Shown here: piece by piece, positions 25,527 through 38,678 of the stretch
How the letters are laid out: each line of letters begins with the position of its first letter
Position numbering within the stretch: position 1 is the first letter of the stretch
Source: Eledone cirrhosa
Lineage: Eukaryota
Length of the DNA stretch: 64,000 bases
Direction: 5' to 3'
NCBI GenBank assembly: GCA_964016885.1
Contig: OZ024743.1
Coordinates: 99,386,001 to 99,450,000 of the forward strand
Made by a program: the position numbers and the translations under genes
The notes under the pieces: model-generated
What the model was told of the DNA's origin: nothing
What the model saw: only the letters and a program-made list of their open reading frames with translations
The model's database searches: none

Positions 25527-25698
25527 TAGGATGGATATATTTTTCAGTTTTGTTAGCTTCTGCCTCATCCATGTTGAACTTTTCACAGGACCACGACATA
25601 GCTCCAATCTCAGCCCCTTCAAGAACCATCACCTGAGTTAACATTGCTCCAGTAGAACTCATTACAATTATTTGTCCATCAGATGTCCCAAACATCAC
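25527..25698 (-). CDS. TULP4: TULP4 (Tubby-related protein 4) internal coding exon, WD40 region
   Basis: ttgcAG acceptor and GTAAGT donor, 172 nt, phase 0-1. Translates VMFGTSDGQIIVMSSTGAMLTQVMVLEGAEIGAMSWSCEKFNMDEAE..., resembling TULP4 VLFGTADGQVIVMDCHGRMLAHVLLHESDGVLGMSWN as recalled. Confidence 0.88.
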
Positions 25699-26145
25699 CT
25701 GCAATACAGTGAAAACATCAGCTATTAGTTATTTAGTCAAACAACAAATTAAAAAAATAATGATAATCCTGTATTTCTTTGTGTATAACTTGAGTATAAT
25801 ACACTTCTGGTTTCTGAAACTAAAAATTGGAATACATTCCATACAGGTTTTTAATGAAAACACAAAATACAGACATGCTTCTGTAAATTGTTTTGTGAAG
25901 TTGTACTATTCAAGTATTTTCAGTTTAAATGATACATCATAGTTAGTCTGTTTGGTTTTCATATGTAGATCCATTTCTTTAAAAATTTTCTAAGTCTGTT
26001 TAACCTAAAGTGTTCACACAAATATTTTTATCTCCACATAAACAATCTGAGTATTTTGCAGTTTAAATCTTCCCATATCAGTGTTGTTTATACATCTAAT
26101 TTCTCTTGTATCATTTTTCTCAAATCATATATTCTAGCTTTAACA

Positions 26146-26337
26146 ATAACTGTTTCTATTTTTGGCACAAGGCCAGCAATTACCCAGTACATTACTGGTA
26201 CTTTATTTTATCGACCCCGTAAGGATGAAAGGCAAAGTTAACCTCGGCGAGATTTGAACTCAGTATTGCAAGGGCCATAACTCTATGCGTCAAAGCATGG
26301 CATCCGACCCTCTACCGATACTGCCAATTCACCGCCC
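26146..26337 (-). mobile_element. tRNA-derived SINE, family A
   Basis: Reverse complement of 17580-17772. Confidence 0.88.
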
Positions 26338-29300
26338 TACTTTAGCTTTAACAATAATATCACCAAAACATGACAGGTCTTATGTAGAGTTTTTAATAAT
26401 TTATTTGATCAATTTCCTGTCTTTGAGACAAACAATAACATTCAAGTATGTTGATTCCCAAATAACAAATATTGTTTGTATAACAAATACCATCTATAAA
26501 GCAATTACTATCAACATCAATTTTCTTTCCATTCTGGTATCTGTTGCAAGTAGCTCTTCTACGTTGTCCAGTGTCACAAGATCTTGCCTCACCATTTCTG
26601 TTCATGTCCTCTTAGGCCTTCATCTACTATACAAGCCAATTAGTCACCCTATAGTCATCATCTATATATTATCATCATCATCATCATCATCATTGTCGTC
26701 CTCCTCATCATCATCACCAACACCACCACTACCATCATCATCATCTCTGTCAGGATCAAACTGACTACAACTCTGCATAGAACTTGTTTACATATTTTGG
26801 CTTCATAATAGGTTTATCTTTACTCTGAGAGTTTGATATAAGATGGCTACAAACAGGAATATAATTAGATTGTCACCATTATTAGTATTCAATTGATTAT
26901 TCAGTCATAATGTTCTTCTTCTTTAAGGTTGAATAGTTCACAACAGGAAGATTTTCCAGATATGTAAAAATATCTCCTCAAATAATTCATATGCAAATGT
27001 TCAGCTATTCAATAGACCATATATCCCAAGCTAGCGCGGACAATTGGATGGAAAGGAAAATCGAAATGGAAATTGTTATTTTATGTGGTGAAAACAGTAC
27101 AGAGCAAGTTAGATGCTAAGGGATATAAATGATATTGGAATGGGCTTCAACCGGTTTTGAAGATGAATGAGCCAATTGTTTGATCCATAAAGCAGCCTGC
27201 ACATGAAATTAACCTACAAGTGGCTGAGTATTTCCTAGACAGGTGTATACTTAACATAATTCTCAGGGAGAGTCAACATGACACATTGTGTAAAAAGGCT
27301 GGCCTTTTGAATCACATGTCAAGTTGATCCGACAAGTTTCCAAACAATTTCACTAATAAGGTCTGGGTTATGAGTGTGAAGCAAACTATTTTAGCCATGC
27401 TGTAGCCACAGAAATGACATCAGTTCTTCTGCGATGTCATCTTTAACATTAGAGAAATGTTGGTGCTGCGTGTGTACATAAACAGAAAGACTTTAACAAA
27501 TCGTTTGACTAATTGGAAAACAGTCACCCATCAGTAGACATTTTATGTTCTCTTAGGGTCTCTTTTATTCTGTGTGTATCTGGTGTAGAATAAGTACATC
27601 ATACCCTGTGTGTTGTAATTAGAAGGGTTGGTGCCAGGAAAGGTATCTGGCTGTAAAGAATTGCCCCTAAAAGTACCACATGATCAATAGGAAATCTGTC
27701 ATGGAACCTGGAATGCAGGGAAAATAGCCTTAACATCCTTGTTGGTGGTTTGGGATCTCTTCTATAAACACCTTAATGTTTTCTGTATTCCACAAATTGA
27801 AAATTATGAATGTCGGCTACACTTGTAATTGAGTAATGGAAATCCTTTTCCTTCTCATGCATCATATATTCCCTGTCGTTTTAGGTGTCCATTAATGAAC
27901 AAACAGTAACAACCTCTTGACATTTGCACTATGGTTTATTTACAGCTAACCTTTATCTAACCATTCCACTATCTTCCACTGATCTTGTAGACTCATGATA
28001 AAAAGCATTCCAACTGCAACCACATTGTCCTTTTTTGTTACCAATTATCCTGCATTTAGAACTAAATGGTCCGTTGTGGTGGTGACGGTCTTTTCTTTTA
28101 AAGATAGTTAAATGCAATGTGATGAAAATGCATCAGATATTATTTGTAGGTCAATTGACAACTGTGCAGAGGCTTCCTCATTAGTTCACCTTGCCTATGA
28201 TTTCCCAATTAGCAATAACTTGAAAATATTAGACCTCTGGTGGCTAGTAAAATCTAGAGGCACTATGTCTTTTGCTTCTTCAAACTAAATAATAGAATAT
28301 AATGCCCCAGCATGGCCACAATGAACAATATAAGCTCACTATCTACATTCATTTTTTTTTTTTCATTGCTAACACAGTTGGGCTGATTTTGGACCAATTG
28401 CTTTTACATTTGTAAAAGAAAAATTGTTCTGATAAAAGCTATGAAAATATGCATTCAGTAATAACTACATTTTAATGTGATGAGGACTCTATGTCTAATC
28501 TATTGGATATGTTTTGTCTTTTGATCATTTCAGTTCTTTAATACAGTATCTAGTTTGTATTGGCAGAATAAAAATAAATGTTAAGTGCTGTGACATATTA
28601 ATGTGAAGCCAATTAAAAATTGCATATTAAAGAATTTTGTCATGAATACAAAACTACGGCTAAAATTGGGGTATTGATTGATAAATATGAAAGATAAATA
28701 TTCTAATAAAATCTAAAAGAACTGATATTCTCCAGCTTTTATTCTCAGCAATAAAAATAATAATTTTAATGAAAACAAATTTTTAATTGATATAAAAAAA
28801 ATAAATTCCAAGACTAATTTATTCAAGGGTCTATGTTTCAATATATGTCTATTTTTACAAGAATACTTTCATCATCTATTAACTGTTTTATTAGATTTAT
28901 AATTATACAGAAGAACTTTAGCTACATTGAGGTGAGTTGACGACATGCCAGGCAGGGGACAACTTGATAGTCAACAGTTTATCAATAACATTAGAAAAAC
29001 AGTTATTAAGGTACTGTTATAATGAAAATAACAGCAATTGTGAAATTGTATGTATGTGTGGTCCCCGTAACCCCTGATAGAGTGGTAGGGGCAGTGTATT
29101 GATATACAGCATTTGTTGGGTATTTAAAGCCTGGAGGAAGCCATCCCTCTCCAGGCCTGAGTACAGCAGATAGAAAGTGAGAGAGGAAATGAGAAAGAGA
29201 TATAGACCCTGAAAGGATGACAGCAGGCAAAGTTGAACTCAGAGTTCTGAATAAAATGATAAAATGATAGAGGGAGAAAAATAATGTATGATGCTGGTAG

Positions 29301-29404
29301 AAGGTATTTATGGTGGAGTTAAACAAAAGATGACATGAGATGAAGTATTGAAGTCATATCAACAGAGATGTGGGAAAACATCCACCAACCCATTCCCGCA
29401 TAGG

Positions 29405-29595
29405 AAATAACTGTTTCTACTTTTGGCACAAGGCCAGCAATTAACCAGTGCATTACTGGTACTTTATTTTATCGACCCCGTAAGGATGAAAGGCAAAGTT
29501 AACCTCGGCGGGATTTGAACTCAGAATGGCAAGGGCCGTAACTCTATGCGTCAAAGCACGGCGTCTAACCCTCTACCGATTTTGCCAATCCACCA
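29405..29595 (-). mobile_element. tRNA-derived SINE, family A
   Basis: Reverse complement of 17580-17772. Confidence 0.88.
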
Positions 29596-29861
29596 TAATA
29601 ATGTGAAAATGTTGCTATTGTTGCTCATGATGATGATGATTGTAGTGGGGGTGGAGAAGAAAGAGGTAGTAGTGGTGGAAGTGGTGGTAATACCAATTTA
29701 GCCAAAGTTTGGTGAAACAAATACCGACCCTTTATTTTATAGAGCTCCTATTGAAATTAAAATCTTTCAACATAATAATATATAAGAATCATTTGTTAAA
29801 TTTCTTAAATTACTATCTGTTGATGTTTAGTTTAAATTGTTTATGAATATATATATATATA

Positions 29862-32718
29862 TATGGGGTTGGCACAAGGAATGAGGAAGGATTCAGACTT
29901 CTAGAATTCTGCGACGCCAATGACATGTCGATATGTAACACAAACTTTAAAAAACCCAACAACCACCTGATCACCTATAGATCAGGGGAACACTCTAGTC
30001 AGTTAGATTTTATCCTCATCAGAGGACGTGACAGATGGACGGTCGTAAACACAAAAGCCTTCCCTAGTGAGGAATGTACATCCCAACATAGCTTAGTTGT
30101 CAGCGACCTCACGGTTAGAACTAGACGAACCCGGAAACAGAGGCCAACCTGGAGAAGAAAGGTCTGGAAGCTGAAAGTCACCTCAACCAGTAACAGATTT
30201 AAAGATATTTTACTCAACGCCTATGACAGTAAAGAAGAACAGATACAGACATTTAATGTAGAAGAGAACTGGGAGTTCCTAAAAAATAATTTACTAGAGG
30301 CGACGGGTGAGGTCTGTGGCTGGAGTAAGACCTCAAGCAGGAGGAGAGTGACTTGGTGGTGGAACAATAAGGTAGATGAAGCAGTTAAGGCCAAGAGACA
30401 GGCATGGAAAGAATGGAAGAACGGGGGGAGCAGGGTACATTACATAGAGACCAAGAGGGAAGCTAGGCGATAAGTATACTTAGCTAGGAGGGAGGCAGAG
30501 GATAGAAAATTCAAGCATGTTTTACAACGTGAGGACCAGAAACAGGAGGTATTCAAGATTGCGAGGCAGTGTGTCAGAGATAGTCGTGATGTCATTGGAG
30601 AGAAGTGTATCCGGAATGATAAAGGTGAGCTTGCCCTCACAAGTGCTGAGAATAAAGATGCATGGAAGAGTCATTATGATAGATTACTAAATGAGGAGAA
30701 TGCATGGGAAGAAGAGACCCTACCCCAAGTAGACCCTATAGAGGGACCAGCAGTACAAGTCAGCAGCAACGTAGTAAGTAAGGCAATCAAAGATATGAAG
30801 ATGGGGAAGGCAACCGGTCCATCGGGTATAGCTGCCGAGATGCTGAAGGCATCTGGGTCTGTAGGTCACACTATAACCACACGTATCGTTAACCAGGTAA
30901 TACTAGAAGGTGCCCTACCAAAAGATTGGTGCAGTAGCATCATTGTCAACTGCTACAAAGGTAAAGGCGATGCACTAGATAGAGGAAACTATAGAGGTAT
31001 AAAGTTGATGGACCAGGTCATGAAAGTAACAGAAAGAGTTATAGCACAGCTGATTAGGGACCGGGTGAAAATAGACGAGATGCAATTTGGGTTTGTACCA
31101 GGAAGAGGCACCACCGATGCCCTCTTCCTTGTGAGGCAATTACAGGAAAAGTACCTAGCTAAAAGTAAGCCACTCTACTTGGCATTTGTCGACCTTGAGA
31201 AAGCCTTTGACAGAGTTCCACGTGCTGTAATCTGGTGGGCTCTTAGAAAACTAGGAATATATGAATGGCTTGTGACAGCGGTACAAGCCATGTATAGGGG
31301 AGCAGTCAGCAAAGTTAGGATTAGCAATGAGTATAGCGAGGAATTTAGCGTACAGGTTGGGGTCCACCAGGGCTATGTTCTTAGCCCTCTCCTGTTCATC
31401 ATAGTCCTGCAGGCAATAACGGTGGAGTTTAAGACCGGATGCCCATGGGAACTCCTGTATGCTGATGATCTCGCACTCATAGCTGAATCTATGGTAGAAC
31501 TAGAGAATAAATTCCAAACTTGGAAGCAGGGACTAGAAAGAAAGGGTCTCAAAGTCAACATGACAAAGACTAAGGTCCTGTAAGTAGACGAGAAAACAGA
31601 ACCCAGATCCCCTCAGGGAAATGGCCTTGCTCAGTATGTAGGAAAGGTGTAGGTAGGAACTTCATTCTCTGCCCCAAATGCAAACAATGGGTACACAAGA
31701 GATGTAGCGGGATCTCAGGAAGCTTAATTAAGAATGTAGGATTCACATGCAGCAGCTGTGCTGCGACAGAAGCAGCAAACAGCCACAGGAAAGAAATACC
31801 ACCAATCTCTGGGAGGGCCCTGTAGAAACAGTAGACAGCTTCTGCTACCTAGGTGACCGAATTAGCAACGGAGGTGGGTGTTCAGAAAGTACAATAACTA
31901 GGGTAAGAACAGGATGGAAGAAGTTTAGGGAACTACTACCACTGCTAGCTGCAAAAGGCTTCTCCCTCAGAATGAAAGGCAGACTGTATGATGCGTGTAT
32001 CCGAACAGCGATGTTGCATGGGAGTGAGACCTGGGCGCTGAAGGTGGAAGACTTACGTAGATTAGAGAGAAACAAAGCCTGCATGCCCCGATGGATGTGT
32101 AACAGTAATATACGTGAACGACAAAGCATAAATGAATTGAGAGAGAGACTGAGCATAAGAGGAATCAAATGCTGTGTGCAGGAGAAGCGGTTGCGCTGGT
32201 ATGGACATGTGATGCGTATGAAGGATGACAGCTGCATAAAAAGGTGCAGAGCACTAGAAGTTGATGGCAACCGCGGAGTGGGGAGACCCAAGATGACCTG
32301 GTATGAGGTGATAAAAGCCGACCTTACCCAATTACACCTCTCAAAGACAATGACACACGACCGTGACTTCTGGCTTCACGCAGTAATACAGAGTACCCGA
32401 CCTCCCATGGGTACAAGCTGGAGCATATAGACAATATGCCCCCACACCCCCCACCGCAAGGTGGTCATGGAGGTGCCACGGCAAAAAAGCACCCAGCCAC
32501 ACTGTAAAGTGGACGTGTAGGCGCCACGAAAAAGCACCCAGCACTCACTGTAAATGAGGTTGGTGTTAGGAAGGGCATCCAGCTGTAGAAATCAAGCCAG
32601 ATCAGTTCCTGTATGAGCAAGGCATGGTCAGCCGACCAGACACTGCCCACAACAGGACAACCCGTCTAACCCATGCTAGCGTGGAAGAACGGACGTAAAA
32701 CGGTGATGATGATGATGA

Positions 32719-32722
<4 letters not shown>
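29862..32722 (+). mobile_element. RTE-clade LINE copy A, 5'-truncated, with stops and frameshifts
   Basis: APE tail (SQLDFIL, SQHSLV), RT (QFGF, FVDLEKAFD, GVHQG, YADD), 3' UTR, (GAT)n tail, (TA)n flanks. Highly similar to 38679-41752. Confidence 0.95.
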
Positions 32723-32756
<34 letters not shown>

Positions 32757-32818
32757 GTAGAACACTGGAAGGTAATATCTGTAGTGGTAGAGCACTCAGT
32801 CCATGGGACAAGTTAGGC

Positions 32819-32938
32819 AGAAGTGGTTACACAACAGTTAGTTCACCATACCGAGAACAATTGTTTCTCCTCAGCGGATCCGCTAATGTGAAACAATTGT
32901 TCTCGGTATGGTGAACTAACTGTTGTGTAACCACTTCT
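32819..32938. repeat. Fold-back palindrome, same family as 57738-57950
   Basis: AGAAGTGGTTACACAACAG...AGCGGATCCGCT...CTGTTGTGTAACCACTTCT. Confidence 0.9.
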
Positions 32939-33007
32939 ATATATATATATGTATATATATATATACAATATATTAATAAATGGAAACTATATTTATAAAA
33001 CCATAAT

Positions 33008-33073
33008 TATTTTATTATATATATTTCAAGGGCGACCAAGGTAAATTATGGTGCACTTTCATCAGATAAAATA
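33008..33073 (-). ncRNA. Type-I minimal hammerhead ribozyme (inverted copy)
   Basis: Reverse complement of 33205-33270 with the core and stem I intact. Confidence 0.65.
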
Positions 33074-33204
33074 CAGATTTGTTTTATAAATAAATATTGA
33101 CATACTCAGAAAAGAGACAACCTCAATGGTTGAAATTTGCTGGATAATCTGTTGAGGTTGTCTTTTTTCCGGGTATGTCAATATTCATTTATAAAACAAA
33201 TCTG

Positions 33205-33270
33205 TATTTTATCTGATGAAAGCGCATCATAATTTACCTTGGTCGCCCTTGAAATATATATAATAAAATA
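33205..33270 (+). ncRNA. Type-I minimal hammerhead ribozyme
   Basis: Stem I TATTTTAT/ATAAAATA (8 bp), CTGATGA at 33213-33219, stem II closed by AAG/CTT, GAAA at 33251-33254, palindromic ATATATAT stem III, UA cleavage after 33262. Confidence 0.68.
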
Positions 33271-33421
33271 ATTATGGCTTTATATATATAGTTTCCATTT
33301 ATTAATATATTGTATATTTACTCCACTTATCCGTTGAGTGCTTTATATCAGTTATAAAATATTTTTAAGCTTGTTGAATCCCAACAAATTAAATATAACC
33401 TCTGCATATATATATATATAT

Positions 33422-33563
33422 TTAATAAACTATAATTTACATTTAATTATCTATATTGATTCTTTAGTGTTTTTATAAATAGTATATATATATATATACT
33501 ATTTATAAAAACACTAAAGAATGAATATAGTTAATTAAATGTAATTAAATATGGTTTCATTTA
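33422..33563. repeat. AT-rich palindrome centred on (TA)n
   Basis: TTACATTTAATTA..TTCTTTAGTGTTTTTATAAATAG-(TA)n-CTATTTATAAAAACACTAAAGAA..TAATTAAATGTAA. Confidence 0.85.
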
Positions 33564-34059
33564 AGGTGGTGGTGATGGTGGTGGTGGTTTACAATCGACT
33601 TCACTTTTATTTAAGGGTTAGTAAATCCCTGAAAATTCTAAATTAATTGAAATCATTAAGGATGCAGTCACAAAAGAGTTAATATAGAATTCAGAAATAT
33701 GCAGCTACATTCTATGTAACAATTGTACAGTCTATATTAACATTGAGCAGAAACATTGAGAAATGGTATTTTTTGTTTTGTTTTGGCTATTTCAAAAATG
33801 ATATGAATCTATGTTGGGTGATGACATATATTTAGTTCCTGAATTGTTTCTGCCATCATAGCTCATATCTCAAAATTATATTATATTACTTGTCAAATGT
33901 CATGTTTCACTTGTGGACACACTCATTAGATTGTGTATAACTTGAAAATAATTATATGAAAACCTGAAGATCATCAGAAATCACTGTAACAATGTTTTAC
34001 CAATAACGCAAAAATAGCATTCTGAAAATGTCATTAAATACTACTACTACTACTAATAA

Positions 34060-34645
34060 TAATAATAATTGTTTCTACTTTAGGCACAAGGCTAACAATT
34101 TCCCCAGTGTATTACTGGTGATTTATTTTATCCACCCCGTAAGGATGAAAGGCAAAGCTAACCTTGGCAGGATTTGAACTCAGATCATAAAGAGCCATAA
34201 CCCTATGCTACACAGCATGTTCTCCGGCACTCAACCGGTTCTGCCAATCCACCGCCTTACAATGATGATAATAATTGTTTCTACTTATGGCACAAGGCCA
34301 CAAATTATCCCAGTACTTTATTTTATCGACTCCGTAAGGATGAAAGACAAAGTTAACCTCGGCGGGATTTGAACTCAGACTATAAAGGGCCGTAACTTTA
34401 TGCTGCAAAGCATGGCATCCGACCTTCTATCGATACTGCCAATCCTCCACCAATGATGATAATAATTGTTTCTACTTTTGGCACAAGGCCAACAATTACC
34501 CAGTACATTACTGGTATTTTATTTTATCGACCCCGTAAGGATGAAAGGCAAAGTTAACCTCAGCGTTATTTGAACTCAGAATGGCAAGGGCCGTAACTCT
34601 ATGGTTCAAAGCATGGCGCCCGACCCTCTACCGATACTGCCAATA
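34060..34645 (-). mobile_element. Three head-to-tail family A SINEs
   Basis: Units at ~34066-34256, 34270-34450 and 34460-34642, each matching the reverse complement of 17580-17772. Confidence 0.9.
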
Positions 34646-36424
34646 ATGATTTATTTTGTGGGCCACAATGGGCCAAAATACTGGGAATAATATAAGGACA
34701 AAAACAGCAGAAAATGGGGTTTACATCAAGTAGAGACAAAGAGGGGAAAAGATTAGGAATGACAATAATAGAAATTGTAATAAATAAACCATAAGAAAAC
34801 AATAACAAATATCATGAAAGACGGGTTCCAATTATGAGGGACTGAACCTTAGGATAATTCCAGGAAGAAAGCCTACACAAAACCCTGGATTACTCAGTTA
34901 CCTCACAGGTTTTGAATGTGCGATCTCTTTCCTCCTGTTTATAAAAGTCAGGTTAGACCCATTCACCTTGCCAACCTTGCTGCCCTCACCCATAAAATAC
35001 ACTAGAAGGCACCTCCTTCTCTACACTCCAGGGCAATCAAGAAGCCTGCTAGCCAGTAATACAGCTGATATATGTCATTTAACTTGCTAGAAATAGCAAC
35101 CAAATTCCTTTTAAATCCAACCTTACAGTTTTTAAAAATCACACATTAGATAATGTAGTCATAGTACTTGAAAAAGTAAAAAAAAGATGGGTAGGTGAAG
35201 ATTTTAACAGATTTGATCAGAGGTTTGCTCAGTTTTACTGAGTCAGCTAGCAATTGCAGCTGATCTACTGAAAATATAGCATTTGCAGAGTTATATCCTG
35301 ATGTAAATTTAAATTACTTTACATACCACATAACTATTATCCTGTAATAGATTCATTTACACTGCATGTACCACCTGAATAACTTCATTCACATGAGAAT
35401 CATGAAATTCTCTTCCTCTATCCTCTCCTCCCATTCTCTGTCACTACATCTACCCTTCTCTCTTGCTACTTCCATCCCCTCGTTCCTCTAGTTCACCACT
35501 TTACCTTTATGGCAGCTGACAAAAGACCTGCTGTGCCAGTTATTGCACAATTCTATTAGCTGACTAATGTGACACCATCTTTAAATGCTTTAATCTCCAT
35601 TTCTTTACTGGTTTCTAAAGATGGCTTTGCTCTGTTGTTCTCCAATGAAAATAGACTATTCTATTCATATTTCTTATTCAGTAGCTAATAAGTCACTTCC
35701 ACATACATTTTCTTGAATCAATAAAGGTAGGGAAATACACTTATATGATACCAATCACACTTTACCCTTCTTCGCATCCTGTTTTTTTATTTTTTTTTAT
35801 TTTATTTGTACTGTTTTTCTGATATGCAAAATATTTCCCATTTCTCATCCTGAATACATAAACAAGAGGGTTTAAGTATCATCATGGTTACTTGGCCTGC
35901 TAGAAATAGCAACCAAGAAAAAAAAAATGAAAGAAAAGGAGCCAATCATCAGATTGGACCAAAATAACCTCTGTTTCCATTGATCTTGCCATTGCTGATA
36001 CTATCTGCCAGTCACAGACCCTAGCAGAAGGGAAGACTTCAACTCAGAATTCAGAAAGCCTTATCAGATACCCCAAAACATCCTATCTGATTTATTAAAA
36101 ATTTCACCAATCCACTGCCCCTGAACTGGTACCTTATTTATTGACCCCAAAAGGATGAAAGGCAAAGTTGACCGAGTTAAGGTTTGAACTCAGAGTGCAA
36201 AGAGCTGGAACAAATACTGAGGTATCTAATTCAACACTATTACAACACTGACTTAGTAACCAAATCTCCCTTAAAGACAATACTGCCTTCAAAGAGAAGG
36301 TCACTTTGGATAATGTGGTCCTGGGTGCATTCTTCTTAGGGGGAAAAACAGAGGATAGTTCTGACTGGAATATGTTTGATCATAGGTTTCCTAGATAAAG
36401 ACAGACTTGCGGTTAAACAATAAA

Positions 36425-36616
36425 ATAATTGTATCTACTTTTGGCACAAGGCCAGCAATTATCCCAGTATATTACTGGTACTTTATTTTATTGACCCCAT
36501 AAGGATGAAAGGCAAAGTTAACCTCAGCAGGATTTGAAGTCAGACCATAAAGGGCCATAACTCTTTGTTGCAAAGCATGGTGTCCAACCCTCTACCGATA
36601 CTGCCAATCTACCGCC
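36425..36616 (-). mobile_element. tRNA-derived SINE, family A
   Basis: Reverse complement of 17580-17772. Confidence 0.85.
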
Positions 36617-37245
36617 CAAAACAATAAAATAATAACATTAAAAATGACCAACCCTCTCATGTTCTGCTTCTCCCTTAGCTAGGTAAACTTAAGTTTAAGT
36701 ATTTAATCTAGTAACTAGATACTTCTTTTCTTTACACTCTGCTCAAATTTATCTTTCATCTTTTCTTTTTAGCCGTTCAATTACTATATTCTATGGTTTT
36801 CTAATACTCTGCCTCAGGCACAGAATCATTTAGATTTCCATTAAAACTAATCCTTAGCTAATGCAGCATGAAAGCTGTCTCTTCCACATTCCATACCTTC
36901 TTTCTCCTGCTATAGTTGGCCAGTATCTCACACATGATGACTTTCTTGAGATTTTATTACATATAGTAAATACAATAACATCACATGGGAAGTTAAAAAA
37001 CAAAAGCAGCTATTCTTTGTTTCCCATACACTATATATATATATATAACATATGCTATCACACCGGGATTTGGATTAGAACGATAGCCTGTAGAGAAAGT
37101 AAGTCCTCTGTTCGATCTTCCAGAAACCTAACTTGTATACACCACAAGCGGATTTTGTTGATTTCGGATTTACAGAAACCTCACTTAGATATTCAATAAT
37201 TTCGAAGTGATGGTCCAGGTATGTTATATATACAGATATGTGCAT

Positions 37246-37317
<72 letters not shown>

Positions 37318-37689
37318 GTATGTGTATGTATTTTTTTTCTCACTAGTCAGTTCTTTCATTGCTAGGGATCACACGGCTGAATTAACGGTCGCTATCTTCA
37401 ATTTGCAAAGCCCTTTAAACTGTATATTATTACTCTGAGCTCTATACCTTGTTGAGTGCTTGGCTGCACTGCCAAAGGCATTCGTTGGCTTAGCTGCTGC
37501 TCGAACTTTGAATATGCTGTACTTTCATTTGTATATATATATATATATATATGAAAAAAGTCAGGACCCCAACGGCTGAGCTCCGGCCGTTTCAACAGCT
37601 AGATCCGAACAACAAAAACAGCTATTCTTTGTTTCTCCCTGTCCCCCAACACATACAATATATATATATATATCTTATCTCTTATCTCT

Positions 37690-38452
37690 TTTTTAACGTC
37701 CATCTTCCACGCTACGATGGGTTTGGATGGGAATTTTCCCACTTGTGGCATGATTGGTTGTCTTGCTCAGGACTGTCTGGCGGGTTTTCTACGGCTGGAT
37801 GCCCTTCCTAACACCAACCACGTTTTCAGTGTGGACTGTGTGTTTTTTTGTCGTGACACCTACACAACCTCATTTATTTAGGACTGGATCTTGTGGTACC
37901 AACATAACTTTACATCGAAAGGGGTGGTGTAGATGGCAGTGGGGGTAGGGTTAGTGGGACGGGGGTGTATTTTGGTTAAGAGGTGCCTACTGACTGTAGG
38001 TTTCGCTTTGTACTTAGGCAAGGCGGGTCTTCTGTATTACTGCGTAGCACCAAAGATCTCGGTTCAGTGACATTGTCTTGGAGAGGTGTAAATGTGTGAG
38101 GTCGGAATTTATCAAGTCATCCCAGGCTTTTCTGGGTCTGCCTACTCCGTGGCTACCGTCTAATTTGATCGCCCTGCACTTTTTTATACAGCTGTCGTCT
38201 TTCATGCGCATCACGTGACCGTACCAACGTAGTCTTCTCTTGAGTAAACAGCACATGATCCCTCTTATTCCTAATTTCTCACTTAGTTCATTTATGCTTT
38301 GCCGTTCACGTATATTACTATTACACATCCAACGGAGCATGCAAGCTTCGTTCCTCTCTAGTCTGCGTAGATCCTCTGCACACAATGCCCAAGTCTCACT
38401 GCCATGCAACATCGCTGTTCGTATGCAGGCATCATACAGCCTGCCTTTCATT
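37690..38452 (-). mobile_element. RTE LINE 3' fragment (second subfamily)
   Basis: ORF 38014-38451 MKGRLYDACIRTAMLHGSETW...LRWYGHV, followed by the 3' UTR. Confidence 0.9.
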
Positions 38453-38678
38453 TTTTTATATATATATATAGTTTGATCCGTTTAGCTTGGCTCGTCTTTT
38501 TCGCTTAGGTGGTTGATGGCTTCTTAACCGCCATCTCAGTTTGTTTGGCCTTTAGAACCTATGTTTATTGCTCAGGTCTCTTTTTGGTCCATGGAGCGCT
38601 TGCCAGCATAACTCGGATATTGCGTTTCGCTTGTTTTCGACCCTGCCGAAATACGATTCTCACTGAATTTATATATAT

